Shown here: positions 26,370 to 39,223 of the stretch, one piece after another | How positions within the stretch are numbered: position 1 is the first letter of the stretch | How the letters are laid out: each line of letters opens with the position of its first letter | Origin: Octopus bimaculoides | Lineage: Eukaryota | Direction of reading: 5' to 3' | Assembly (NCBI RefSeq): GCF_001194135.2 | Contig: NC_068985.1 | Coordinates: 57,058,944-57,122,943, forward strand | Length of the DNA: 64,000 nt | The notes under the pieces: generated by a model | What the model was told of the DNA's origin: nothing | Databases searched by the model: none | Seen by the model: the letters and a program-made list of their open reading frames with translations, nothing else | Made by a program: the position numbers and the translations under genes

Positions 26370-27871
26370 AGGTCATATCCCCTGGAATGATAACAACATC
26401 TGTTTTGTTAGTTTTTTATTTAAATTCTTTAGTTTATCTTCACTTCTGTGGTATCTAAAAGCATCTAGTACAAGCAAGCTGTCGTGCTGTTTAACTGCTC
26501 CAGCAGGACGATTTCCCCATACAGTGTCAATCCAATCTCTAAATAACTCATCAGCTATCCAACCTTTATCTTGATATCTAACAATAATCTCTATTGGAAA
26601 TTTCACGTTTCAGGGTACTGTTTTATGTTTGAATATTATATAAGCTTTAAGTTTGGTACCGTCAACCATACAAGCTAACATGGCCCGCGGTTTTAATTGT
26701 AATTGACGATGTACCACTGAAATCTATTGTGCTATCTGCAGGCATATCAAAAGTTAATGGGGTCTGGTCCGCATTACCAATGGGTAACCCTTTTCCCGTC
26801 GCATTTTAATAATAAACTTTTGAAAGTTCATTAACTTCTCTTCAATATCAGCTGGTAACTTTTGTGAAATGTGGGTTCGCCTCCTAATAGACAAGTCATG
26901 CCTTGGCATACAATTACTGGCCCAGCGACGTGATGTTTTAAATTCTGACACATTAAGTTTTATCTTTTTAGCAATGAGTTTTGCCTGTAGCCTCAAACGT
27001 ACTGTATTAATGGCTATTTCACCAAATCTTTTCCGCTACCCATTCAAGCAAAATTTTTCCAAGCTCAGGATGATTGGATTTTTTCCCCTTCTTGCCTTCT
27101 TTATCTTTGTCATCTGTTTACTTTCATCTTTATTTCTTCTCCATAATGTGACATTGCTTTCGTCAGCATCAAATTTTCTTCCGGCGGCCCTATTACCATG
27201 CTCTTCAGCATATGATATAACTTCAAGTTTAAGCTTGGCTGAATAAGATCTACGTGGCATTTTATGGCCATGTAATGTACAAAATGTTTTATTGGAGATT
27301 ACTGTTCAGGCTTAAATCTCGCTTATAAAAAATCCCTAGTAATGACCCAGTGTAGTTCAAATATTTAATACCAGTATTTAATTAAGTATCTATTGTCTGC
27401 CACAGTAATGATGGAAACTGCCAATACAAACGGCAGGATGAACTATTTAGCGCTAAACTATTAAGCACAATTCGTGCGTAATTAAGCCGGCAGCACTTAG
27501 TCGAACAAACACTTCCGCGCATGCGTAATACAATAATGGTGATGTTCTTAACTGTTATATGGAAATGTAAATATGTTTGCAAATTGTTCTTGTTACATGT
27601 TATTCTGTGTTCTGAATACTTTTATTTTAAGAAATGTTGCTTACTGCAAGTTATGGATGATTATTTTATGACTTCATTGCTTTCAGGCTTAGCTTAAGGT
27701 ATTTTCGCACCCGACTTCACAAAATGAATAAAAATTACCGGACAGAAAATAGAGACTCGGACATTGCTTAGAAAATACTTTTCATTTTTAACCTCGTATA
27801 TAGTACGCACTAGGGATTTTGACCTTTAAATTTTGGGGAAAAAAATGCGGATTATACACGAGGATTAACGG
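26370..27871 (-). mobile_element. pogo/Tigger-like transposon, decayed
   Basis: MPRRSYSAKLKLEVISYAEEHGNRAAGRKF (HTH), CENP-B-like FKTSRRWASN..RHDLSIRRRTHISQKLP, DDE_1 region KGWIADELFRDWIDTVW...LLVLDAFRYH; terminus ...TACACGAGGATTAACGG|TA. Confidence 0.9.
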
Positions 27872-29854
27872 TATACACACACACACACACATATATATAT
27901 GTATATATATGTATNNNNNNNNNNNNNNNNNNNNNNNNNNNNNNNNNNNNNNNNNNNNNNNNNNNNNNNNNNNNNNNNNNNNNNNNNNNNNNNNNNNNNN
28001 NNNNNNNNNNNNNNNNNNNNNNNNNNNNNNNNNNNNNNNNNNNNNNNNNNNNNNNNNNNNNNNNNNNNNNNNNNNNNNNNNNNNNNNNNNNNNNNNNNNN
28101 NNNNNNNNNNNNNNNNNNNNNNNNNNNNNNNNNNNNNNNNNNNNNNNNNNNNNNNNNNNNNNNNNNNNNNNNNNNNNNNNNNNNNNNNNNNNNNNNNNNN
28201 NNNNNNNNNNNNNNNNNNNNNNNNNNNNNNNNNNNNNNNNNNNNNNNNNNNNNNNNNNNNNNNNNNNNNNNNNNNNNNNNNNNNNNNNNNNNNNNNNNNN
28301 NNNNNNNNNNNNNNNNNNNNNNNNNNNNNNNNNNNNNNNNNNNNNNNNNNNNNNNNNNNNNNNNNNNNNNNNNNNNNNNNNNNNNNNNNNNNNNNNNNNN
28401 NNNNNNNNNNNNNNNNNNNNNNNNNNNNNNNNNNNNNNNNNNNNNNNNNNNNNNNNNNNNNNNNNNNNNNNNNNNNNNNNNNNNNNNNNNNNNNNNNNNN
28501 NNNNNNNNNNNNNNNNNNNNNNNNNNNNNNNNNNNNNNNNNNNNNNNNNNNNNNNNNNNNNNNNNNNNNNNNNNNNNNNNNNNNNNNNNNNNNNNNNNNN
28601 NNNNNNNNNNNNNNNNNNNNNNNNNNNNNNNNNNNNNNNNNNNNNNNNNNNNNNNNNNNNNNNNNNNNNNNNNNNNNNNNNNNNNNNNNNNNNNNNNNNN
28701 NNNNNNNNNNNNNNNNNNNNNNNNNNNNNNNNNNNNNNNNNNNNNNNNNNNNNNNNNNNNNNNNNNNNNNNNNNNNNNNNNNNNNNNNNNNNNNNNNNNN
28801 NNNNNNNNNNNNNNNNNNNNNNNNNNNNNNNNNNNNNNNNNNNNNNNNNNNNNNNNNNNNNNNNNNATATATATATACATATATATATATATATGCCTAT
28901 ACATACAAAATGATTGAAAGATAACTTCTGATAAGTTATCTTCTGATAAGATTGGTCACGAATTTAAAAAAAAAATCAGATATATAACGAATCATTTGTA
29001 AGTATTAATTCAAACACCGTTATAGTATGTCGAACAATGCTAGTCATAAGGATGGCAATAATTGAATTTCTTACTTCAGGGTGTTCTGTCACTTAGAAAC
29101 CGGTGATCAAACAGTAATATCTCTAATTTAAAAAAAAAAGATTATTTATTATTTGAAATCGCAATCTGTAATAATTACAGTTTGAATATTCAATATTTAA
29201 TTACATGTACACATACATATTTCATTTCAGTGTTTAGATTTCCTCATAATTTGTAATAATATGCAACGTCAAAAGTGGATGCATATTTCCTATACTTGAG
29301 TGTTCTTAAAATATTGAACAATCTACGCTTAGATTATACAATGGTTAAACGTTATACATGTTTGTTAGTTTGTATAGTGTATTTTAAGTACACATGCATA
29401 AATANNNNNNNNNNNNNNNNNNNNNNNNNNNNNNNNNNNNNNNNNNNNNNNNNNNNNNNNNNNNNNNNNNNNNNNNNNNNNNNNNNNNNNNNNNNNNNNN
29501 NNNNNNNNNNNNNNNNNNNNNNNNNNNNNNNNNNNNNNNNNNNNNNNNNNNNNNNNNNNNNNNNNNNNNNNNNNNNNNNNNNNNNNNNNNNNNNNNNNNN
29601 NNNNNNNNNNNNNNNNNNNNNNNNNNNNNNNNNNNNNNNNNNNNNNNNNNNNNNNNNNNNNNNNNNNNNNNNNNNNNNNNNNNNNNNNNNNNNNNNNNNN
29701 NNNNNNNNNNNNNNNNNNNNNNNNNNNNNNNNNNNNNNNNNNTGTCTGTGTGTGTGTGTGTATACACGTACATCAGAGTTATTGAATATATATTTGTAGT
29801 CGCAGGAATGGCTCTGTAATTAAAAAGATCTCTTTACAATCCCGAGGTTTCAGT

Positions 29855-30110
29855 CCTGACATACACGAAGGTTGCGTCAAAAGTAGTGCAAAAGGTAAAG
29901 TGAGCATAAGTATTTTTTTTTCAATGACTCATGCTCTTGTTGGTAGAGTAACTTAATTTGTATAAGAAATATTCTTTCTGTTCTTCAATGCAGGCACACG
30001 CTGTGTCAAACGTGAGGCAGCTATATTGTTTTGAGATATGTTTTTGTCCAATATGGTAGCTTGTGATGTTTTGATACCTTCTTGCATTAAATTAGATGCT
30101 AGATCGTTTT
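29855..30110 (-). mobile_element. Possible short mariner 3' remnant
   Basis: TIR-like ACGAAGGTTGCGTCAAAAGT plus weak C-terminal similarity. Confidence 0.3.
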
Positions 30111-30359
30111 GGTATAATGGTTATCACGGTCAATCTGTAATTTGTAGATTCGTGGTTGAATTTGAGTTAGCACTGTTATCCATTGTTTTACAAGTTTTAT
30201 ATTGTCGTTGTACCTAAATATCAACGTACAATACATACATACATACATACATACATACATACATACATACATACATACATGCATGCATACATACATACAT
30301 ACATATTTACACGCACCGGCTGTCTGTCTGTCTCTCTCACATACACACACATAAATGTA

Positions 30360-31030
30360 CAGGGTAACCCAAGACATGTATACTCATTTTAACAGCTGAT
30401 AGCTCACTTAAATTTCATTGTTGTTTTTAAGTTTAACACGTTAGAAATTATGGAGAAAGTAAACTTTCGAAAATTAAACTTTGAAGAAAAGAAATTATTC
30501 CCAAATTGCTACTACACATTTTGAATCATAAGTGCAAAGACGATATTAGAATGAATTTCAATGGGATCTGGCAACGCAACTTAGCATCGCTTGAATAAGG
30601 TTGAAGTTGATGGAATTATCCAGAGTGTCCACAAAAGATATTCCAGAAGACAGTGGACATCGATTAGATCCACAAACAAAGAATGGCTACTGGAAAAATA
30701 TTGCCAGAATTCAAGAAAATGTGTGCAGCAAATGAGTTGTGATATAAGAATGCCAAAATCAAAAGTCTGTCACATTTTTAAGTGGTATTGGAAAAGTCAC
30801 ATGCCAGGCATATTTCATGCTCTCGATGAAAATGATCCAAAATTGAGAGTGGAATTTTGAAAGTGGTACTTGGCAATATGTGGCGATATTTGTACAATAT
30901 CAGCACATATTCCAATAAAGATTGTTTAGAATGGTGATACTACATTTAAATTAAATGGTTGAATTAATTGTCAAAATTGCATCTACTGTGGACCCGAGAA
31001 TCAAAAAATTTACATCCAAAAGGAATAACT
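30360..31030 (+). mobile_element. Tc1/mariner-superfamily element (DUF4817-type N-terminus), decayed
   Basis: TA|CAGGGT terminus; ATG 30450 MEKVNF...LNFEEK; KVEVDGIIQSVHKRYSRRQWTS; HALDENDPKLRVEF*KWY; TFKLNG*INCQNCIYC. Confidence 0.7.
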
Positions 31031-32031
31031 TGACCATTCATTTTTGGTGTTGGCTCGTTTCAATTACTTGAACTTGCAGCAACGATCTGACAAACGATCA
31101 GTAATTAGCAGTGTAAGGGACTACCTGATCGATTGAACTAAGGGGTTCTGTAGAATCGGCTCCGCGTTCACTCCATTTCACAGCTCTCATCGTACACTTC
31201 TCGGGTTACATACTTCTACATATCTCTTATACCCTTTTCCCCCTCTTTATACGATGTAAATTATGATAAAAAAAATTAACAAATCAACATTTATATCGAG
31301 TTTTAGCGTAGAATATTTTTTTCACGGCAGTTGTTGACGAGTCACGATTCCATAACTTTAATCTCGGATTAACATGGAAGATTTAATCGAAACAAAAAAG
31401 ACAATACAGAGTTGTTAAAGAATCTATAAATTTATGCAACAAATCAGATATCAGAACGTTTGTAAAACATACAATTTCCACGTGATGTGCTCATATGTAA
31501 TTACGACACAACAAACAGTCACCTTGTTATAGTTGTTACTGATATTTAACATACCAACTAGAACACAATATTATATATATATATTGTATAAAATATATAT
31601 TCTAATACTCTAACTAAACAAAAGGACTTTAATATTAATAATTACTGGAGAGGAAACTGCATGCAAGTTCTTGCATGTCAAAAGAAACAAAAAAAAAAAG
31701 AAAAGAAAATCTACCGGGAAGATATATAATTGATCATAGAATTGCGAGTATATCAGAATATTTCCAATGTGAATCTATGATTATCAATAATGGATGGAAA
31801 AGGATCAGAAAACATCTATACACGTTGTCTATTTTATCTCAATTCATCATTTTAATTACAGCCTATAAATGTATATGTCAGCTGAGAGAAATGGTACGAT
31901 TTATCATTGCAATTATGAGAGGAAGTATAATTTGTATTACTAAGATAATACAAAAGCATATCATATCTAAAGCAAAATGTAAGCATTCACTAGCTGTTTG
32001 ATGTCATGCATGCGTATTTTTATGTTTGTAT

Positions 32032-32091
<60 letters not shown>

Positions 32092-33010
32092 NNNNNNNNN
32101 NNNNNNNNNNNNNNNNNNNNNNNNNNNNNNNNNNNNNNNNNNNNNNNNNNNNNNNNNNNNNNNNNNNNNNNNNNNNNNNNNNNNNNNNNNNNNNNNNNNN
32201 NNNNNNNNNNNNNNNNNNNNNNNNNNNNNNNNNNNNNNNNNNNNNNNNNNNNNNNNNNNNNNNNNNNNNNNNNNNNNNNNNNNNNNNNNNNNNNNNNNNN
32301 NNNNNNNNNNNNNNNNNNNNNNNNNNNNNNNNNNNNNNNNNNNNNNNNNNNNNNNNNNNNNNNNNNNNNNNNNNNNNNNNNNNNNNNNNNNNNNNNNNNN
32401 NNNNNNNNNNNNNNNNNNNNNNNNNNNNNNNNNNNNNNNNNNNNNNNNNNNNNNNNNNNNNNNNNNNNNNNNNNNNNNNNNNNNNNNNNNNNNNNNNNNN
32501 NNNNNNNNNNNNNNNNNNNNNNNNNNNNNNNNNNNNNNNNNNNNNNNNNNNNNNNNNNNNNNNNNNNNNNNNNNNNNNNNNNNNNNNNNNNNNNNNNNNN
32601 NNNNNNNNNNNNNNNNNNNNNNNNNNNNNNNNNNNNNNNNNNNNNNNNNNNNNNNNNNNNNNNNNNNNNNNNNNNNNNNNNNNNNNNNNNNNNNNNNNNN
32701 NNNNNNNNNNNNNNNNNNNNNNNNNNNNNNNNNNNNNNNNNNNNNNNNNNNNNNNNNNNNNNNNNNNNNNNNNNNNNNNNNNNNNNNNNNNNNNNNNNNN
32801 NNNNNNNNNNNNNNNNNNNNNNNNNNNNNNNNNNNNNNNNNNNNNNNNNNNNNNNNNNNNNNNNNNNNNNNNNNNNNNNNNNNNNNNNNNNNNNNNNNNN
32901 NNNNNNNNNNNNNNNNNNNNNNNNNNNNNNNNNNNNNNNNNNNNNNNNNNNNNNNNNNNNNNNNNNNNNNNNNNNNNNNNNNNNNNNNNNNNNNNNNNNN
33001 NNNNNNNNNN

Positions 33011-33041
<31 letters not shown>

Positions 33042-33829
33042 GATACACATATACAATTAGTGTACATCTAAACACAAAAGAGGTGACCCTTGACATGCAG
33101 CCTTGTGTTAATGTATCTATAAGTATCTCTGCACTGGTGCAATGAAAGAGGTAATAGCTATAAGAATAAAACAAAAAAAAAAATTCAAAGTGTATACACA
33201 TTTTCTAAAATAATATAACAAATAACAAAAATAAACACAAAGTAGACGCTGTTAAAAGTATCAATAAATATCTAAGTCCTTATTTGAGATTCTAAGAAAA
33301 TTCAATTTTTTCCTAACAGTCTTCTTGGTATCCAATCTTCACAGTTCAAAAATAGATATTATCCAATTTTGGAATTTCCGTATCTCTGTCCTCATTTTCT
33401 AAAACAAGATGCCAACTAGAATACATTAATAGATCCATTTAAATGATGTCACTAGATTAATCTCTTTTATACAATCGCTGTTATTTGCATTAACGTGTCC
33501 AATTGAATTGAGCAATTGGCATGACACTTTTAATGCAATAAACTTGCCAAGTCTAATTGTGCATTTGTCACATTAAAAGTTCTTAGTGATTGCAATGTTT
33601 ATCTGAATAAAACTTTTACGGGAATTGGACAAAACCTCCTTTGTTGCGCAATTATTTCGTACAGGATATGAATCAAGCGTCTCGTTCCTGAAGGAAAATA
33701 AGTGTATATTTAGCCGAATGTGTGCGCGCGTATGTGTGTGTGCATAGACACACACATACATACACACATACACACACACACACAGAAACTCACACATATA
33801 TATATATATATGTGTATGTATGTATGTAG

Positions 33830-33864
<35 letters not shown>

Positions 33865-34068
33865 TGTATGTATATATATATATATATATAATCATAAATA
33901 TACAGGGATTAGCATGAGTTGCTTCTCCAACATACTGAAAATTTAGAAATAGCAGTCAAAGAACTACTGATTCCAAACTACAAATTTTTTGTCTAACGGA
34001 TGGCGATATTTATGGCACACACAGAACAAAACCGAAGAGAAAACCAAAAACAAACCTGCTTTTAGTTA

Positions 34069-34130
34069 ATTGAGTACGACGTTTCACGGTTAAGAGTATG
34101 AAGGTACTCTATTCCGATCTTCAGCCCAAT
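34069..34130 (-). ncRNA. Type I hammerhead ribozyme, canonical core
   Basis: Minus strand ATTGGG-CTGAAGA-tCGGaatAGAGTA ccttca TACTCTtaaCCGt-GAA-ACGTCGT-A-CTCAAT: helix I 6 bp, helix II 3+6 bp, helix III ACG-T-CGT, GUA triplet. Confidence 0.7.
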
Positions 34131-35332
34131 ATTCGAATAAATTTGAAAGTGTCTATACAACTCATGGGAATTTTGACCATGCGACATCAAAAACAATACN
34201 NNNNNNNNNNNNNNNNNNNNNNNNNNNNNNNNNNNNNNNNNNNNNNNNNNNNNNNNNNNNNNNNNNNNNNNNNNNNNNNNNNNNNNNNNNNNNNNNNNNN
34301 NNNNNNNNNNNNNNNNNNNNNNNNNNNNNNNNNNNNNNNNNNNNNNNNNNNNNNNNNNNNNNNNNNNNNNNNNNNNNNNNNNNNNNNNNNNNNNNNNNNN
34401 NNNNNNNNNNNNNNNNNNNNNNNNNNNNNNNNNNNNNNNNNNNNNNNNNNNNNNNNNNNNNNNNNNNNNNNNNATACATTGTTATTTCTTCCTGTGCATG
34501 TGAATCTTGTATGTAACCCGGCTGTAAGGCCTTATTTCCATATACGCCACTTAATTTTATTTGTCCAGTCGAAAGTCATCTGTTGCTATGTCCCGTTATT
34601 ATTCCAACTGTATTTGTGTAACATTGTTCGTTTTTTCACGTCCTTGTTTTTGCATACATTCGCTGCTTTCTCCCAAGGAATCTAATGCTTTTAGCGTATA
34701 TACTTGTAAGTTTACGAAGCGTGGGTGGTGGCAAGGCTGAAGCAGGTGAAAATAGAGAAAACAAGTTAAATGGTAAGGAAAAATATAAAGAAAATTATGT
34801 AAATGACAATAAGGAACTAAACGGAAGATATATTGTTGGTTTAATGTATAGTGAGGGTAGATACGAGGGAAATTTAATGAAGCTTAGTGGGAAGGCGGGA
34901 TGGGGTAGTTGTTGTTTGTATTTTGAGAATAGATTTAGTGATCGATGTTTGCATGTAAAAATTATACTGCTACGTTTCAAGACAATCCGTGGATCACAAA
35001 ATAGCAAAGACCACAGCTATTCAGAGATCACGCTCGTTATAGCTGCTGTATGGATTGGCGTGGGTTACTATGGACCACTAGGGAGTGTAAGGAGTTGAAT
35101 CAATCTTTCGTTTGTTGATAAGCTGAGATAACAATGTATTATTGGATTTTGTTTGGGAATTGAAACTGGAGTAGTGGTTGTTCACTCGAGCTTTTTCCTT
35201 CTTTCAATCCTTCTTTCTGTCTACATTTATATTCTCCTCTCCTACCGAGCTCTCTACATATTCTGATTGAGTCTTCCATGTGTTAACATGTACCTCCTTG
35301 CTGCAATATAAGCTTTCATTTAATCAAGATAT

Positions 35333-35424
35333 CCTTGGCCTGAAGAGTAGCCTGTGGTATACACCTAGCTTGGATATTTACCACTTCTGATGTTCCGCCC
35401 GCTATGAAACATATGTAGCCCGGG
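35333..35424 (+). ncRNA. Type I hammerhead ribozyme, canonical core, extended helix II
   Basis: CCTTGGC-CTGAAGA-GTAGC..GTGGTA...TACCAC...GCTAT-GAA-ACATATGT-A-GCCCGGG: helix I 3+3 bp, helix II 5 bp plus a 6 bp extension, palindromic helix III, GUA triplet. Confidence 0.75.
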
Positions 35425-35925
35425 TCTTATCTACTCCATTCCTTAATCGCACACCCGACAATCATGGTCGCCTATCGTGAAATATAAAATGAACTTTTTT
35501 CGGTTTATCGTAATTCGATACGAAAAGAATCCACAACCTTCCGTTTCAATAAACCACCATTGTTATATTTATATCTTCTAGCTCTGAGGCTATTGGTCTA
35601 AGAAAACTTATTTGTATGTCTGCTTGCTGTAATACCTAAGTTCAATAAAATATAGTACATATGCTTTTAGTTTTACTATAACTTTCATTTAGTTACCTTG
35701 TGCTACACATAGGCCAAAGTCTATGCGATGTTTGCTTAATTCATAGACTGAAATATTAGAGATTATAGATCAGACGTTTATATGCACCCATGATGCTATT
35801 CCAGAAGCAAACAGCTCTATAGTCGGCATGAAAGTTGACAGTCATTTCTTCTATATACGTTCAAACAATCCAAGTGAATAATTTGCAATATTCGTAGTAG
35901 TCTTGGCAGCCTTTTTCAACCCAGT

Positions 35926-35958
<33 letters not shown>

Positions 35959-36220
35959 NNNNNNNNNNNNNNNNNNNNNNNNNNNNNNNNNNNNNNNNNN
36001 NNNNNNNNNNNNNNNNNNNNTATATATATTTATTTTCTCTTAGTTAACAATTAAGTCCGACAAAATAAATTGGTTAATAGATACCAGAGTATGAAAGATC
36101 ACAAAATGACTGTAATGTAACTCCTGTTTGTGAGGTAGACACTCACTGTTATTTTGGGTATTTGAGTTAATATAAAATTTAATAAATGGAATAATGCCCA
36201 TATGTTAAATGAATTCTTTA

Positions 36221-36310
36221 ATTTCCGACATATGTTTCGAAGATTACAAATGGTGTCTTCCAAAGGAATGAGTGATGTTGATAAAGATGTAATCTTCTCT
36301 TCAGGGAAAT
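36221..36310 (-). ncRNA. Type I hammerhead ribozyme, canonical core (same family as 13278-13365)
   Basis: Minus strand ATTTCC-CTGAAGA-GAAGATTACA...TGTAATCTTC-GAA-ACATATGT-C-GGAAAT: perfect 6 bp helix I and 10 bp helix II, GUC triplet. Confidence 0.9.
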
Positions 36311-36459
36311 ACATAAGATCCAACTTAACCGAAACATATGTCGGAAATAATAGAATTCATTTAACATGCGTATTACTCCATTTATTAAATTTTATATATA
36401 TATATATGTATATTTATACACACACACACGCGCGCGCGCGCGCACACACACAAACACAC

Positions 36460-36510
<51 letters not shown>

Positions 36511-36609
36511 GTTAAATTGTTAATTCGAATGCAAATAATTCAGTATTTACATCCATTTATTCTCCATTTTGTTCTACTTGTTTTCTCCCTATAGATATAA
36601 ATATATTCT

Positions 36610-37090
36610 TTGCTGTGTAGATAAGTAGCTCACTTCCAAACAATGTAGCCTTGGGCACGTGCCTTTTTTGTGCAGCACCGAATCGGCCAAACATTGCGAA
36701 TGTATTTGGTGCACAGAAACGGGCAGAATGAAAAGAAAGAGGTAAACTTTGTTGCAGTTTTAAAGAATTAATACTTCAGTAGATTTGTTTGACTAAACCC
36801 TTCAAGGAAGTAACACAGCGAGGGTTCAGTCAAATGACTAAAATAAGTTAAACAAAAATATAAAGATATGCATATATCTATGCCTTGTGATTTTGTTTGT
36901 ACCGCAACACCAATTGATAACCTTTTTGGTTCGTTTAGATCCCCTTAACTTTGGTATTTAGCAAAGATAAGGATAGAATATTATTAGGTTTCTTAAACGA
37001 TAAAATGTGGGGTGGAATTGTTTGACTAATACTTTCAAGGCGGTATCTCAGCATAGGTGTGTCCAGTGACTGAAATTAGGAAACGATACA
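36610..37090 (+). mobile_element. Old, degenerate CORE-type SINE pieces
   Basis: GCCTTGGGCACGTG...CGGCCAAAC, GTCAAATGACTAAAATAAG and TTCAAGGCGGT...CCAGTGACTGAAA resemble parts of the 19188 copy. Confidence 0.5.
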
Positions 37091-37846
37091 TACATAGGTA
37101 CATAAAAACACGCACACACACAGATACACATATATCCACACAGACACTCATAACAGGTAAATTGAAACGTATTTGAGCACGGAACTATTTCTTGTCATAT
37201 TTAAACATCATTGTCCTCTATAAAAATACTTCCCATTGTTACTATTCAGTAATTATACACCAGACAAGCCGTTCACGTTTATCTGTGTTTCGCAAAGTGA
37301 GAATTTAAATAAGCAGTTGACACGAGATATAGAGTTAGGATGTCCATTATCATGTGAGATTAATGTATTAAATCATCAAACGAAAAGCTTGGAAGAAGAT
37401 AGTAAATTTGCATCGCATTATTTCAGGATTTAAAGCAACAGAATTTGTCTTTCTTAAGGAGCTTCGGAAATTCTGCTCTAAGAACTGATTAGAAACACAA
37501 CCAGTTTTATTAAAGTTATTATCAACGTAACAGATAAATAAATACTATAAAACTGTCTTTAGGAAAGCTTTCGTGGATAGATAGATGGGAATTTATTTTT
37601 CATTGTTCCTCTTTTTTTCTTTCGTTTTCTCTACATTTTAATTCTACTATATATTGTTTTCATGGTGATGATGATGGAGATATTGATGATCGACAAATCG
37701 TGGTGTTAATAATGATAATGGTGATTATAAAGACGACGACAGTGACGATGAGGGCGACAGCAAGAACGAGTACAACGACGATGACGACAATGATGATACT
37801 GCTACTGCTAATGCATAGATGAGGTAGCGATAGGGATGATGATGAT

Positions 37847-37920
37847 GACCACCACCACCACCACCACCACCACCACCACCAAAACCATCACCAACACCAC
37901 CACCACCACCACCATCATCG

Positions 37921-37980
<60 letters not shown>

Positions 37981-37981
37981 A
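37847..37981. repeat. Compound (CAC)n-(CAT)n microsatellite
   Basis: Directly visible; preceded by a degenerate (GAT/GAC)n tract from ~37665. Confidence 0.95.
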
Positions 37982-38399
37982 CGCATTATTATGACTATAA
38001 ATTTTCTTCATTTTATGTCGTTGAGATGTTACTCATTTCCATTGGACGATATGAATTTATTTTTCTCAAAATATTTAACACCTATCGAACTACTGGGATG
38101 ATTACTTACCGAGTAAACTGACGTACAATGGTTTCGTATCGTGTGCTTATTACTGCTATGCTTTCAGAAACAATTCTCTCATGTTCACTGCACTGACCTA
38201 CACTTACATTAACGCATTCGAAATATCACATTTCTCTATGAATTTCATCGCAATTCTGTCGTGCTTCAAAATCATCCTTTGCTTTAAAAAATGCAACAGA
38301 TTGGAACATATGGACAAAAATGTATTCCAGTATGCCAACGGCATCATATTTTCTCCGGCTACATAACTGGATTAATATCATGACATGTCAAACTCAGGT

Positions 38400-38620
38400 A
38401 CTCAACTGCAGAATTGTTAGCACCTTGGACACAAATTTAGCGGTATTTTTTCCGACTCCTTATGTTCTGAGTTTAAATTCTCCCGAAGTGGACTTCAACT
38501 TTCATCCTTTGGTGGTGGATAAAATATGGACTAGTAAAGCAATCGGGTCTATGTAATAGATAACTTCCATCCAACTTAAATTGCTGTCCTTGTGCCAAAA
38601 ATTGGAAGCATTAGAGTATG
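38400..38620 (+). mobile_element. Second tRNA-derived SINE family (Meta-domain-like centre), degenerate
   Basis: GTTCTGAGTTTAAATTC...GTGGACTTCAACTTTCATCCTTT...GATAAAAT and tail ATTGCTGTCCTTGTGCCAAAAATT shared with the copies at 49075, 49300 and 55985. Confidence 0.6.
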
Positions 38621-38944
38621 TCAAACTAACTAACACTTCATTGCAATGTTTTAGTAGCTGGATGAGTCGCTTATACACTGACCTCGATATAACTAACAGA
38701 TAACTGAAATCTAATGCAACTCCATGAGTAAACTCATCCATCTGTTGGTCCATCTATTTCAAAAACACTTTTAACTAAAAAAAATCTCTTATGATTTATA
38801 CATTCATAGTTTGCAAGTGCGTTGCGTCTGTATCTGTTGCAGTGTTTTATCTTCTTTCGTTAACAACCTTTCCTCTCGTGGTGTGTTAAAATCCTCCGAG
38901 AAATGAATATGACATCAAACTTCCCGGATCTATAATACTGGATT

Positions 38945-39135
38945 TAAAATTTAGCAGAAGGTTAGTGAGTTCGGAGGAAGGGGCTAGTCGATTATATCCA
39001 CCACATTGCTCTTAATTTTCGATCCCAGAAGATGAAACGCAAAGCCGCCATCGACGGAATTTAAGCTCAGAATGTAAAGATGGACGAAATACCGCTAAGC
39101 ATTTAGCCGGGTGCGGTGAAGATTCTGCCTTCTCA
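38945..39135 (-). mobile_element. Second SINE family copy
   Basis: Reverse complement gives GCTTAGCGGTATTTCGTCCATCTTTACATTCTGAGCTTAAATTCCGTCGATGGCGGCTTTGCGTTTCATC. Confidence 0.65.
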
Positions 39136-39223
39136 GATCTATAATGTATCCCGGATTTATAATATTGTTATCGATCAAGTTTTACATCTAGCGAATGAAA
39201 TCAGGACTTTGTGCTTGTTATGT

